A stretch of DNA of 64,000 nucleotides from a virus, in IMG/VR virus record IMGVR_UViG_3300025437_000011, positions 32,001-96,000 of that record, one strand, 5' to 3'. Positions 47,982 to 57,440 of the stretch are shown in pieces. The notes beneath the pieces were generated by a model. The model was not told the origin of the DNA, ran no database searches, and was given only the letters and a program-made list of their open reading frames with translations. Positions within the stretch are counted from its first letter, which is position 1. The number at the start of each line of letters is the position of its first letter. The position numbers and the translations under genes are program-made.

Positions 47982-48646
47982 AGAATTTCCTTGGTTTTTT
48001 TAATAATTTCTTGAAGAATTATTTTTTTTGCAGAGTCTTTAATATGAGTAGTATCTTTATCTTTTAATTTAAAACAGAATATATCTCTGTAATCAATACC
48101 GTGAAATAGTTTTGTTACATTAATATAATTCTTACAATTTTTCTCCATTATCTCATCTAAAATTTGTCTTTCATCTATATATCCCTCAATAGTCTCCACA
48201 TCGTAGAAATTAGAATTTATATGACTAAAAAATAAAATTGGTTTATTGATTCTTTTCTCTAATTTTTTTATATCGTTCATCAAATCTTCTGGCGTTTGAT
48301 TTATTCTAATAGCACATGGTCTCGGACGATTTTCTCTTTCACGATTTATTTGATAATAAATATTATCCAAATTAATTAATTTTAAGGAAGAAATTTCTAT
48401 GATAACAATATCAGATTCATCTAAACATTTTTTATATGAAATGGCATTAAATTTTTCTGGATGGTACATTAAGCATTTTGGGTGTGGCAAGCTTTCTATA
48501 TTTAAGTGCCCATCAAATAAATCTAAATATGTAAATATTTCCTTTGAAGTATGGGTTAAATCATAGTTTTTTTGAAACAAATAATTTTCATTATTAAACT
48601 TATTGAAAACAGTTCGGCATGAACCAAACTGAAAGAATTTAATCAT
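47978..48646 (-). CDS. Hypothetical protein, possibly glycan-modifying (GSC-motif, SGNH-like)
   Basis: FGSCRT, IIEISSLK, DTTH; coupled to the glycosyltransferase gene. Confidence 0.45.
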   Translation of the reverse strand: MIKFFQFGSCRTVFNKFNNENYLFQKNYDLTHTSKEIFTYLDLFDGHLNIESLPHPKCLMYHPEKFNAISYKKCLDESDIVIIEISSLKLINLDNIYYQINRERENRPRPCAIRINQTPEDLMNDIKKLEKRINKPILFFSHINSNFYDVETIEGYIDERQILDEIMEKNCKNYINVTKLFHGIDYRDIFCFKLKDKDTTHIKDSAKKIILQEIIKKTKEIL

Positions 48647-48657
48647 ATTGATTATAG

Positions 48658-49050
48658 TTATACATTGTTATAATCTACAAATCTTTTTGGCAAAATAACA
48701 TTATCTGGGGCCTGTTTGAACATGGGCGCAATATCTTTAATAGAATACCCCGCCAGACCACAACCAATCTCAGTAACAAAGAAGTTTAAGTTTTTTCTTT
48801 TATTGGCAACAATCAAAAATGCCTGAACATATTGGCTGATATTATGCAAAGGAAGTGTTTTTATATTTTCATCTTTGGTTGGTATGGCGAAACTCTGACC
48901 ATATAGACCGAAAGCTTCGCCAAGAACTGCGCCGAACCTTTCGCGCGCTAACTTTGCAGCCCCGGCGCCATGAATTCCCGCCTCATTACTTCCGAATACG
49001 AAAATCTCGTTCGGCCCTAAATCTGTTATTCGGTCTGGTGTGTATCTCAT
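48658..49050 (-). CDS. Macrodomain-like protein (A1S_2505-type)
   Basis: IFVFGSNEAGIHGAGAA, SFAIPTK, VTEIGCGLAG. Confidence 0.75.
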   Translation of the reverse strand: MRYTPDRITDLGPNEIFVFGSNEAGIHGAGAAKLARERFGAVLGEAFGLYGQSFAIPTKDENIKTLPLHNISQYVQAFLIVANKRKNLNFFVTEIGCGLAGYSIKDIAPMFKQAPDNVILPKRFVDYNNV

Positions 49051-49181
49051 ATTCTAAGTTTTTTTTCTTCAATGATTTCTGGACTCTTTTCTAGAACATC
49101 GGCCACTATACCGATAAGTTCTTCGGGTGTAAAATGGCTTTTATCTTCCAGAAGATCCGAGATTCTATTTATTTCTCTCAT
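49047..49181 (-). CDS. Small hypothetical protein (44 aa, absent from ORF track)
   Basis: MREINRISDLLEDKSHFTPEELIGIVADVLEKSPEIIEEKKLRI; ATGA overlap with the next gene. Confidence 0.55.
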   Translation of the reverse strand: MREINRISDLLEDKSHFTPEELIGIVADVLEKSPEIIEEKKLRI

Positions 49182-49203
49182 ATATAGTGAAAAAAGCTTT
49201 TTT

Positions 49204-50085
49204 CTATTTATCTTTAGGTTTTTCATTTTGTTTATTTAATTGCTCGTAGATTTTATCGTATGCACCATATTCAATATTGTTCAAAAATTTTTTGACTTGT
49301 TTTTGGCGCTGTTGGTAATAGAAGTTTGGATAATCAGTATCAATCACACTGAAATTCCCTTCTTCATCTATTTCTAGAACCTGACTTAAACCGCAATCTA
49401 CATTAATATTTACTGCACTCTTGAAATCAGGATCGTCCCAAATACTAATCCTACCCATAGTTGGAGTATGACCATATACTTGTCTAAAACTGGGAATTAA
49501 AACTGTCTCTCTTTGACTATCTAACCAAAGGATTCCGCCCTGTTTATGTGATCCTCCACGGCAACGACCCACCGCGCCGATAGTTTCATTCCAAATTCTA
49601 CTATTATAATCATCTCTAGCCTTAGAAAGCTTGTCCGACATAACGTCATCATTCATTCCTTTAATAGGATGCTCAAACCAATAGGGATGAATACCCGCAT
49701 GGGTAAACCAAAATCCATTTTCAAAATGCGCGAACGTGAGTTTATCCCAATCTTGGGTAAGCATAACACGATTAATAGCGTCATCTTTTTGCATCGAGTA
49801 ACCTGAACAGTTATAAATATTTTGAAGCGAACCGTTAGAGTCCTTCACGTAATTCAGATACGAATAATTAATATCGTGATTACCCATAATGTGAACACGA
49901 TTAGGTTTTTGCAGTGAAGACTTTAACCATTGCGCGGTTTGGAGTGCATCTTGTGCAGTATCACCAAAGTCGTCAAAATAGTCGCCCACAAAAACAATAC
50001 GATGGGTTTTCTCATAGAGAGAGGCAATTTGTTCAGCCTCGGCCCAGTGATTATGAATATCACCTATGACAATAATTTTATTCAT
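49204..50085 (-). CDS. Calcineurin-like metallophosphoesterase
   Basis: GDIH, GDYFD, GNHD, THAG, GHT. Confidence 0.9.
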   Translation of the reverse strand: MNKIIVIGDIHNHWAEAEQIASLYEKTHRIVFVGDYFDDFGDTAQDALQTAQWLKSSLQKPNRVHIMGNHDINYSYLNYVKDSNGSLQNIYNCSGYSMQKDDAINRVMLTQDWDKLTFAHFENGFWFTHAGIHPYWFEHPIKGMNDDVMSDKLSKARDDYNSRIWNETIGAVGRCRGGSHKQGGILWLDSQRETVLIPSFRQVYGHTPTMGRISIWDDPDFKSAVNINVDCGLSQVLEIDEEGNFSVIDTDYPNFYYQQRQKQVKKFLNNIEYGAYDKIYEQLNKQNEKPKDK

Positions 50086-50183
50086 TTTAAGAGATAGATT
50101 AAAAAGTTAACGATTGCGAACCAAACAAGTAGTGACAATGCTATAATTGCGAACCAAACAAAGAATTTTTCAAAATTTATCAT
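50082..50183 (-). CDS. Small membrane peptide (33 aa)
   Basis: MINFEKFFVWFAIIALSLLVWFAIVNFLIYLLK; TTGTTT-17-TATAAT upstream; ATGA overlap. Confidence 0.5.
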   Translation of the reverse strand: MINFEKFFVWFAIIALSLLVWFAIVNFLIYLLK

Positions 50184-50277
50184 TTGAATCTGATTATATA
50201 AAGGTTTGCACAAAAAAACAAGAGAAAATAATTGTTTGACCAAAGATAAAAAATTAATTACTATTACCCTCAACGCT

Positions 50278-50445
50278 ATGTATCAAATACTATCCATAAA
50301 AGAAATTAGCCCAAATGGAGAGATCCAGTTCACGGAAGAAGAACTGCAAACCCTACAATGGAAAGAGGGAGACGATATAGAGATAACACTTGAACAGGAT
50401 GGAACTATTTTCTTGAATAAAAAACCGAGAAATACCGACATTTAA
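50278..50445 (+). CDS. AbrB/MazE/SpoVT-like DNA-binding protein
   Basis: GEIQFTEEELQTLQWKEGDDIEITLEQDGTIFL; TTGACC-17-TACTAT upstream. Confidence 0.65.
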   Translation: MYQILSIKEISPNGEIQFTEEELQTLQWKEGDDIEITLEQDGTIFLNKKPRNTDI

Positions 50446-50461
50446 ACTGTAAATTATAAAG

Positions 50462-51049
50462 ATGGATCATCTAAAGAACGAAACGGTTCTAGTTTTAAAC
50501 CGTAACTGGCAAGCAATTCATGTGAAGAACCCGGCCGAAGCAATAACAATGATGTATTCAGATAATGCCACAGCACTAGATATTCGTGGCGAGGATCATA
50601 TGGTTCCGCTTCGTTGGAATGACTGGATTAAACTCCCAATTGATGAAGAGAGGGAAGATTTTATTCAAACTGTAAACGGTAAGATTAAAATTCCAAAAGT
50701 TTTAGTTCTTTGCCGCTACGATAAAGTTCCAAGAAAGCGTCCGAAGTTTTCTCTTAAAGGCGTATGGGAGCGGGATAATGGTACTTGCCAATATACCGGA
50801 AAAAAATTACACCCACATGACGCAAATATTGACCATGTAATTCCACGCTCTCGTGGTGGAAAAACCGATTGGAGTAATTGCGTCCTATCGCATAAAGAAA
50901 TTAATTCAAAAAAAGCAGACAGAACTCCAGAAGAGGCCGGGCTCAAACTGTTGAGAAAACCTGCTGATCCCAAAGAGCTTCCAGCTACATTCTATATTAG
51001 AAACAAACATAATGTTCGGGAGTGGGATTTATTTTTAAATTTTAATTGA
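50462..51049 (+). CDS. HNH endonuclease
   Basis: VLVLNRNW, RDNGTCQYTG, IDHVIPRSRGG..W.N......NSKKADRTP. Confidence 0.9.
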   Translation: MDHLKNETVLVLNRNWQAIHVKNPAEAITMMYSDNATALDIRGEDHMVPLRWNDWIKLPIDEEREDFIQTVNGKIKIPKVLVLCRYDKVPRKRPKFSLKGVWERDNGTCQYTGKKLHPHDANIDHVIPRSRGGKTDWSNCVLSHKEINSKKADRTPEEAGLKLLRKPADPKELPATFYIRNKHNVREWDLFLNFN

Positions 51050-51080
51050 TTAAAGAATCAAACTAGCGTAAGATTCCTAA

Positions 51081-51818
51081 ATGGACACAAAAACTGTTAG
51101 GCTTTTAAATAAACGTTTGGCTGGGCCACGTTTTCTAAAATACGTTGATGTAAGAGATGTTGATGATTATTTTAATTTGCCCCTAGATCAGCGCGAACGT
51201 TGGGGTTTTTATCGTAAACCGTTTGCTCTTCCAATGGACGGCTCTATTTTGGAACGCGATAAGCCACTAACAATTACCAAAGGTTGGACAGCTTGGGAAA
51301 ATGAAATTAAAAAGCAATACCCCGTTCAGTGGTTCTTTCGTGAGTGGTTCTTAAGTTGGGACAATCCAGCCTATGCCTTCCTTAAAGGATTATATTTTGA
51401 TTATAATAATTTGAAGGGTACAGTAAAACGTTTTATTAAACCTTTTTACCCACGTTTTCGCAAGGCATGTCCTCGTCATAAATATTCTGACATTTCAGAA
51501 CTTACACGGGAAATTAACTTCGCATTAATTCTAGATTTCTGGTATGAAGAAATGGTAGATGGAGTTGTTGATTGGCAGGATAACAATGCACATAAACAAT
51601 TCTTTAAGCAGATCAAGGCCGCAGTTAAATATATTGAAGTTGACCGTCCAAAGCTAGAAGCACAATCGGATTCAGCACTAACTATTGCAACAAATAAAAA
51701 GAAGGGAACTTTTGAACAGCGTTATGGGAAACATCAGGCCCTTGAAAACAAGACGCGCGAGAAAGACACTGAACTTCTCGTTTGGATGATGCAACAAAGA
51801 GAAATGTTTTGGACATGA
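51081..51818 (+). CDS. Hypothetical Trp-rich protein
   Basis: 245 aa; TTGATT-17-TAAGAT 6 nt before ATG; ATGA-coupled to the next gene. Confidence 0.6.
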   Translation: MDTKTVRLLNKRLAGPRFLKYVDVRDVDDYFNLPLDQRERWGFYRKPFALPMDGSILERDKPLTITKGWTAWENEIKKQYPVQWFFREWFLSWDNPAYAFLKGLYFDYNNLKGTVKRFIKPFYPRFRKACPRHKYSDISELTREINFALILDFWYEEMVDGVVDWQDNNAHKQFFKQIKAAVKYIEVDRPKLEAQSDSALTIATNKKKGTFEQRYGKHQALENKTREKDTELLVWMMQQREMFWT

Positions 51819-52819
51819 GTAAAATTTTAATTATCGAATCTACTAGCAAGACCAAGCCGCTTGCAGAAGACTTTAGCGATACTAGTATCGTTCATTGTAG
51901 AAACTCTATTATCCTAAAGAATTATCTAGGGGCCGACCTACTGGATGGTGAATATAAATTACCACAAATCGTTAATAATAAGTATGATGTGATTATTTGT
52001 TGCTATGCTTCGCCCTATATGCCGCATATTCCATATCGGCAAATTATAGATAATAACCCCGGCGCTAGACTTGTTTGGCTAGTAAACGATCATGACCTAG
52101 AGGATAATCAGCTTCTTCGTTACGCTATTTTACAGGGTAGAACTTACGACATGATTTGCAACAATCCGAGAGGTGGTTATCGTCATTGGATTCTAGGAAA
52201 GAATATTGAAGGAAAGAAGTTAAATGACTTTATTATTAACTGGCACACAACTAATTTAAACTCTCTTATCTTTAGGGACACTAGACATCTTCCCGTTCGT
52301 GAGAATAAAAATGGTTTTATTTACTATGGAACCTACAGGAAACACCGAGCAGATGATTTTAAAGCCTTTTTACGAAAGGGCATGACAGTCTCTAGTAGCA
52401 TTAAGCATTGGAAGAAGTACGAGGCAATTGGTTGCGATTCCGAATTTATTCGCCCCCTAACTTGGCAAAAAGATAACGAAGACTTGAGAAACTATCAATA
52501 CAGTCTTTATTTGGAAGATAAACACACGCATGATAATTATGCGTTCCTAGCTAATCGTTTTTATGAGGCGCTAATGTGCGATGTTGTTACTCTATTTGCG
52601 CCCAATACAATTAATACTGTTGATCGTGCAGTAAATAGTGGACTAGAAATTCCCGCTTCAGTTATCCTACCAGATAACTCTTACAATGGAAAAGTTCAGA
52701 AGTTCATTGAATCTCTAGATTTTAATTCGTTTATTAAATACCAAAGAGACAATTACTTTGACCAAATTTTGGCGGAGCGTGAAATGGTACTTTATGGAAT
52801 TAAAGATTTTTTAAGTTAA
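51815..52819 (+). CDS. T4 beta-glucosyltransferase-like GT-B enzyme (candidate DNA glycosyltransferase)
   Basis: KILII, YDVIIC, WLVNDHDL, IYYGTYRKHR and LEDKHTHDN..LANRFYEAL are collinear with recalled T4 BGT motifs. Confidence 0.6.
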   Translation: MSKILIIESTSKTKPLAEDFSDTSIVHCRNSIILKNYLGADLLDGEYKLPQIVNNKYDVIICCYASPYMPHIPYRQIIDNNPGARLVWLVNDHDLEDNQLLRYAILQGRTYDMICNNPRGGYRHWILGKNIEGKKLNDFIINWHTTNLNSLIFRDTRHLPVRENKNGFIYYGTYRKHRADDFKAFLRKGMTVSSSIKHWKKYEAIGCDSEFIRPLTWQKDNEDLRNYQYSLYLEDKHTHDNYAFLANRFYEALMCDVVTLFAPNTINTVDRAVNSGLEIPASVILPDNSYNGKVQKFIESLDFNSFIKYQRDNYFDQILAEREMVLYGIKDFLS

Positions 52820-54303
52820 CCGATATAAGCAACAGTCCAGTTATCGTTACCATCAAAAATAATCGTTCCGGCTAATACAGATAGTTTCAGGGTATCTCCT
52901 ACACCCAATCTTGAAATAGTACTTACACCAGCATGATTCATAGATGTATTATTACCAAACTCTAACATGGCTTGAACTGTAGTTGAGCTAGCACCGAGAC
53001 CACTTTTTATAACAACTGCCTGACTTATAGCATTAAGACTATTACTGTTTGTTCTTGCAACCAAATGAACAGAATAAAGTCCAGATATTGGTGCAGTAAA
53101 AATACCATTTGATTGGTTTAAAGAGTTTCCCTGCTGATAGTCTAAAGTCCAATTACCACTAGTTAATGTAGTGGTTGCGGAAACTGCGCCACCGTTACCT
53201 ACAACACGAAATGCCGGACGCATGGGCATAGTCACAACCCCAAGTGGCAGATTTAAATTGCCACTTAAGTCAACTTGCATTAATTCTGTACCGCCAGATT
53301 CGTTTAGGTTTTTAGTAATGCGCCAATACTGTTTATTTGACGAACTATTATAATAAGAATCAATACCAAAATTTTTATTTCCAGAATAATAAAATAGCGT
53401 GCCCGGCGTGTCGGTCGTACCATTATCAAACATCAAGTCTCCAACATTATAACCAGCTTTTGCAAAAGTATTTTTCCCCAAAGTTGTTCCACCAGTTATA
53501 GGTAAATAACCAGTAAGAGAATTTTGAAGAGCAAAACCACTTGGATTTGACGCAGGATAAAATTGTCCAGTTTGTGAAGTTGTTACATAACTAGGAAGCG
53601 TATATGAAAAACTATTTCCAGTAGCAGAATAGCCCGGCACAAAACTCGTAACATCCCAAGTATTACTTCCACTATTATATATAGCCCCAAAAACATCCGT
53701 AGACCCAACACCCGTACTTGCAACTAAACTTGTTGAGGCAGGAATACGGAAACCCGTTCCTAAAGATATAGGATTATTACCCGACCCACCCTGAGTTATT
53801 CTCCAAATTTTCTTTTGACCATCAAAAAATGACCCACTGGGACTCTGTATTGTATACGAACCAGTAATTGTAGTATTGGTTGTTACAGATATTTGATTAG
53901 CAAAAGCTAACCCACTACCATTAATATAAACTCCATTAGAAAAATTTCCACTTCCAATTACATCTAAATCATAAACTGGAGAATTATTCTGAATACCAAC
54001 CTTCCATCCTGCGGCTGGATTTAATAATAAATTATTATTTGGATAAATTGTAACATTTCCCGCCGCTCCGATTCCAAATCCGCCATACGAATTACCAATG
54101 TTAGTAGAATCTATATTAAAATATAAAGGCGTTTGGTTAATACCTATCGAACCGTTTGCCAATTGTTTTCCAGTAATAAATCCAGAGGGATTAGAAAGTG
54201 CATAATAAAGTGATGCGGCGGTGCCAGTAGTTAAAAAAGATCCCGTATTGATCGACTGTGATGATGCAGTTGATGGATTATTTAATGTATTAAAAAATGG
54301 CAT
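52816..54303 (-). CDS. Tail fibre/receptor-binding protein with C-terminal C1q-like domain
   Basis: VGIQNNSPVYDLDVIG repeat; PAFRV..NGIFTAPISGLY...LGVGDTL (C1q-like). Confidence 0.75.
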   Translation of the reverse strand: MPFFNTLNNPSTASSQSINTGSFLTTGTAASLYYALSNPSGFITGKQLANGSIGINQTPLYFNIDSTNIGNSYGGFGIGAAGNVTIYPNNNLLLNPAAGWKVGIQNNSPVYDLDVIGSGNFSNGVYINGSGLAFANQISVTTNTTITGSYTIQSPSGSFFDGQKKIWRITQGGSGNNPISLGTGFRIPASTSLVASTGVGSTDVFGAIYNSGSNTWDVTSFVPGYSATGNSFSYTLPSYVTTSQTGQFYPASNPSGFALQNSLTGYLPITGGTTLGKNTFAKAGYNVGDLMFDNGTTDTPGTLFYYSGNKNFGIDSYYNSSSNKQYWRITKNLNESGGTELMQVDLSGNLNLPLGVVTMPMRPAFRVVGNGGAVSATTTLTSGNWTLDYQQGNSLNQSNGIFTAPISGLYSVHLVARTNSNSLNAISQAVVIKSGLGASSTTVQAMLEFGNNTSMNHAGVSTISRLGVGDTLKLSVLAGTIIFDGNDNWTVAYIG

Positions 54304-54307
54304 AATT

Positions 54308-55432
54308 TTAAGCGTACCATATTACGCCAGCCGCACTATTTATTGTCGCACTGGCATAGAGTGCATTTTGTGGAACTACTGGAAATTCATATCCTTGGCC
54401 CGGCGCATAGTTCATAGAGTTTCCAGAAAGTGCTGGGTTTTGATTTGAAATATAAACCGTTCCAGTTGAAAGATTTTGAAATGCAAACATTTTAATTGCA
54501 GTACCTACAGGGAATACTATTGCTGTTCCAGTATTAATTGTCACCCCACTAAAAGATATATTTCCAGTAGGATAATTTGTAATACCTATATTATTATTGC
54601 CAGGCGGTAATGGTGAATTTGGAGACAAGGCAACAACCTCGGCAGTATCCCCGGTCCCGGCTGCTGTTAGGGCTGGTTTAATAGTAATTAAATTTCCAGA
54701 AGGATCAGTCGGCTGTATTTTACCGATTAAATTGTATCCTACTGGAAGAGAATTATCCAACATTACATTACTGGTAGATGAAGACTGATTAACAACAAAA
54801 GCAACCTGAAATGGGGCAGTTCCCGTTAATCCATTTGCACGAAATCTAATAGCTTTAATAGCACTTGTATTGATTTGGCCTATTGTCGGATTAGATGTCG
54901 CGGCATATGATGTGACAGAAGCACCATTTGTTAAAGAAACATAACTTGTTGCAAGCCATGTCGAACCGTCAATTGATCCTTCAATATTTATAGTCCCAGC
55001 ACTAACATTTGTAGACACAGATTGAAATGCAAGTGTTGAATAATTTGTAGTATTAACAACGTAACTACCAGTGTTAACATTAATTATTACTCCAGTGCCT
55101 CCAGATAAGTCTGGATTAGTATACCCAATATAATTAGATCCAGATGGTAAAACTCCGCTCAATCCAACCACTGTTGGCGGATTATATGGATTAATTCCAT
55201 TATCATAATAAATAGCCAAAAGATCTGAATTTGTAATTGTTGGCGATCCAGCCAAAGTGAGGATACTGTTCGTGCCTTGAGTATATAAGGAAGGTGGTAT
55301 TCCTCCAATCTGATAAAGTATCGACCCCTGAGTCGCATCGGCAATTAGGAGAATTTGCGATGTCGGAACATTAACGCCAGACATAGTAATGGCATTTCCA
55401 TTAATTGAGTATGTATTACAGAGTGTTTTCAT
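54308..55432 (-). CDS. Virion structural/fibre-associated protein
   Basis: LPSGSNYIG / LPVGYNLIG / LPPGNNNIG repeats; IEGSIDGSTW. Confidence 0.6.
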   Translation of the reverse strand: MKTLCNTYSINGNAITMSGVNVPTSQILLIADATQGSILYQIGGIPPSLYTQGTNSILTLAGSPTITNSDLLAIYYDNGINPYNPPTVVGLSGVLPSGSNYIGYTNPDLSGGTGVIINVNTGSYVVNTTNYSTLAFQSVSTNVSAGTINIEGSIDGSTWLATSYVSLTNGASVTSYAATSNPTIGQINTSAIKAIRFRANGLTGTAPFQVAFVVNQSSSTSNVMLDNSLPVGYNLIGKIQPTDPSGNLITIKPALTAAGTGDTAEVVALSPNSPLPPGNNNIGITNYPTGNISFSGVTINTGTAIVFPVGTAIKMFAFQNLSTGTVYISNQNPALSGNSMNYAPGQGYEFPVVPQNALYASATINSAAGVIWYA

Positions 55433-55436
55433 TATA

Positions 55437-56924
55437 TTATCCTAGCGCTATTGCGTATGCGATGGCATTTAAGTTAGCTTTATTTACACTTATAAAACCG
55501 GATGGGTTAGAATTTGGATAAAATGATCCAGTTTGGGAATTAGGCAAATAGGTTGAGGCATCATAACCACTCAGGCCAGTTAGTTGCGCATAAGTGGCAT
55601 ATGAAGAAAGATTAACGCCCGTTATAAACCCGCTCGGATTGGAGGCGGGATAAAACGCACCCGTTTGGCCCGTTGTAATATATCCACTTGGGTTGGAATT
55701 TAATGGATAATAATTTCCAGTTGAGGCCGCTCCAGTTGAAACTGTAACACCATTATATTGAAGCGTTCCAGTAAAGTTATAAGAACCACCCAAAACTTGT
55801 GTTCCAGTTGTATATACTATTCCACTTGGAAGAGTAACTGCCGATGCCTCTCCGCTCAATAGGACTCCAGTTCCATTTACGGTTGGGCGAACAGTAAATG
55901 CGGCACTAGAAGTTGTTACAAAATTGCCAGTATTAATTCCTGTAATAAAACCACTAGGATTATTCCTTGGATAATAAGCCGAAAGGTCAACCCCAGTAAT
56001 AAAAGCCGAAGGATTACTTGCCGGATAAAATAGTCCAGTTTGAGAAGTGCTTATGAAGGAACCAGTTTGTGATTTTGGTACATAAGTTAGAGCATCATAT
56101 CCACTAACTCCAGTTAACTGTGCATAAGTAGCATAATTATTGGTTAGGGTTCCACTTAATGAATTTATTGATGAGGCAAGCGTAGATCCAGTAGTAGAAA
56201 GATTTGACGTTAATGTGGAAATTGAAGATGAAAGTGTTGACCCTGTTGTTGCCAAATTAGTCGCAACTGTCGCAATGTTAGTACTTAATGTTTGTCCAGT
56301 TGTATAAACATTTGTAATTGTGGCAAAAGTATTATTTGAATAACCGCTTAAAGAATTAATTGAACTATATAAGTTTGAACCAGAAGTAACTAAATTTCCA
56401 CTCAAAGAATTAATTTGACCTTGAAGATTAGATCCAGTTGTAGCTAAATTTGTACTGATTGTACTCTCATTTGTAGTAAGCGTCCCACTTAGAGAAAAAA
56501 TTCTAGAAGACAATACTGATCCTGTTGTGGCTAAATTAGTTGCAAGCGTAGAACCAGTAGTAGCTAAATTTGTAGTAAGTCCAGAAATTTGTAGCTGAAT
56601 TCCCGAACCGCTAGCGACAAAAGCCGCTACGGTTTCATAGTAACCTGTTAAAGTTCCGCTTAGAGATGAAATGGAAATATTTGCAGAATTAATTCCAGAT
56701 TGAAGAACTCCACTTATACCAATTTGACTAACATTGTCTACATTTCCCAGTCCAACATCTGATGAATTTAATGAAACGTATCCTTGTTTACCATTAACAG
56801 CAAAAACCCCCGCCCCTTGCGACGAAACAACATTAACAACAGGTTGCGTCGGTGGTTGAACGGTTACATTTGTTTGTATAACCGCTGGTGGCGTTGTGGT
56901 TACATTGACATTAATTTCGGCCAT
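55437..56924 (-). CDS. Fibre protein with LATTGS and YPxxNPSGF repeats
   Basis: VNGKQGYVSL...VGLGNVDN, repeated LATTGS, five NPS[GA][FY]I units. Confidence 0.7.
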   Translation of the reverse strand: MAEINVNVTTTPPAVIQTNVTVQPPTQPVVNVVSSQGAGVFAVNGKQGYVSLNSSDVGLGNVDNVSQIGISGVLQSGINSANISISSLSGTLTGYYETVAAFVASGSGIQLQISGLTTNLATTGSTLATNLATTGSVLSSRIFSLSGTLTTNESTISTNLATTGSNLQGQINSLSGNLVTSGSNLYSSINSLSGYSNNTFATITNVYTTGQTLSTNIATVATNLATTGSTLSSSISTLTSNLSTTGSTLASSINSLSGTLTNNYATYAQLTGVSGYDALTYVPKSQTGSFISTSQTGLFYPASNPSAFITGVDLSAYYPRNNPSGFITGINTGNFVTTSSAAFTVRPTVNGTGVLLSGEASAVTLPSGIVYTTGTQVLGGSYNFTGTLQYNGVTVSTGAASTGNYYPLNSNPSGYITTGQTGAFYPASNPSGFITGVNLSSYATYAQLTGLSGYDASTYLPNSQTGSFYPNSNPSGFISVNKANLNAIAYAIALG

Positions 56925-56925
56925 A

Positions 56926-57342
56926 TTATAGTGTGTAGCTTCCTACTAAATTAACATTATCGTATACATTTAAATTTCCAGCAATATAAGTATTAGCGAC
57001 AGAACCTGAAACTACCTGAACAGCATAATAATAGGCTCCGGCGCGCATCATCATTTGGGAGCCTGAAAGTTGATTTAAAATTGCATAATTACCACTTGGC
57101 CCAGTAATTGAAATTGTTCCATTTGATGTTGACCATTGGTACGCAACAGTCTGCCATTGACCATTATAATCAATATTATCTTGATATAAATTTGTCTCTG
57201 TATACTGTGTTCCTAAAGTTCCAATAATAGATAATCCACTCAAATTTATAGGATTATTATTTACATCTGTAAAAATAAAGGTGATAGGGCCATAACTATC
57301 GCCCCTATAGGCATCAGGTAAATTATAAAGCGTAGGAATCAT
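56926..57342 (-). CDS. BppU-like/baseplate accessory protein
   Basis: RGDS..ITF.FTD.N..PINLSG, YYYAVQV, YIAGNL.V. Confidence 0.55.
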   Translation of the reverse strand: MIPTLYNLPDAYRGDSYGPITFIFTDVNNNPINLSGLSIIGTLGTQYTETNLYQDNIDYNGQWQTVAYQWSTSNGTISITGPSGNYAILNQLSGSQMMMRAGAYYYAVQVVSGSVANTYIAGNLNVYDNVNLVGSYTL

Positions 57343-57440
57343 AGGAAGAAGAATTTCCTATAATTACACCCAAAAGAGGTGTCAAAATAAATTTTAAAAA
57401 AATACTTGCCAAAACCTTAAAATAGTCCGAATATAGCCAT

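Noticed and set aside
50114-50161. Direct repeat ATTGCGAACCAAACAA
   Set aside because: Two copies encoding VWFAI twice in a small membrane peptide; a local duplication, not an array.
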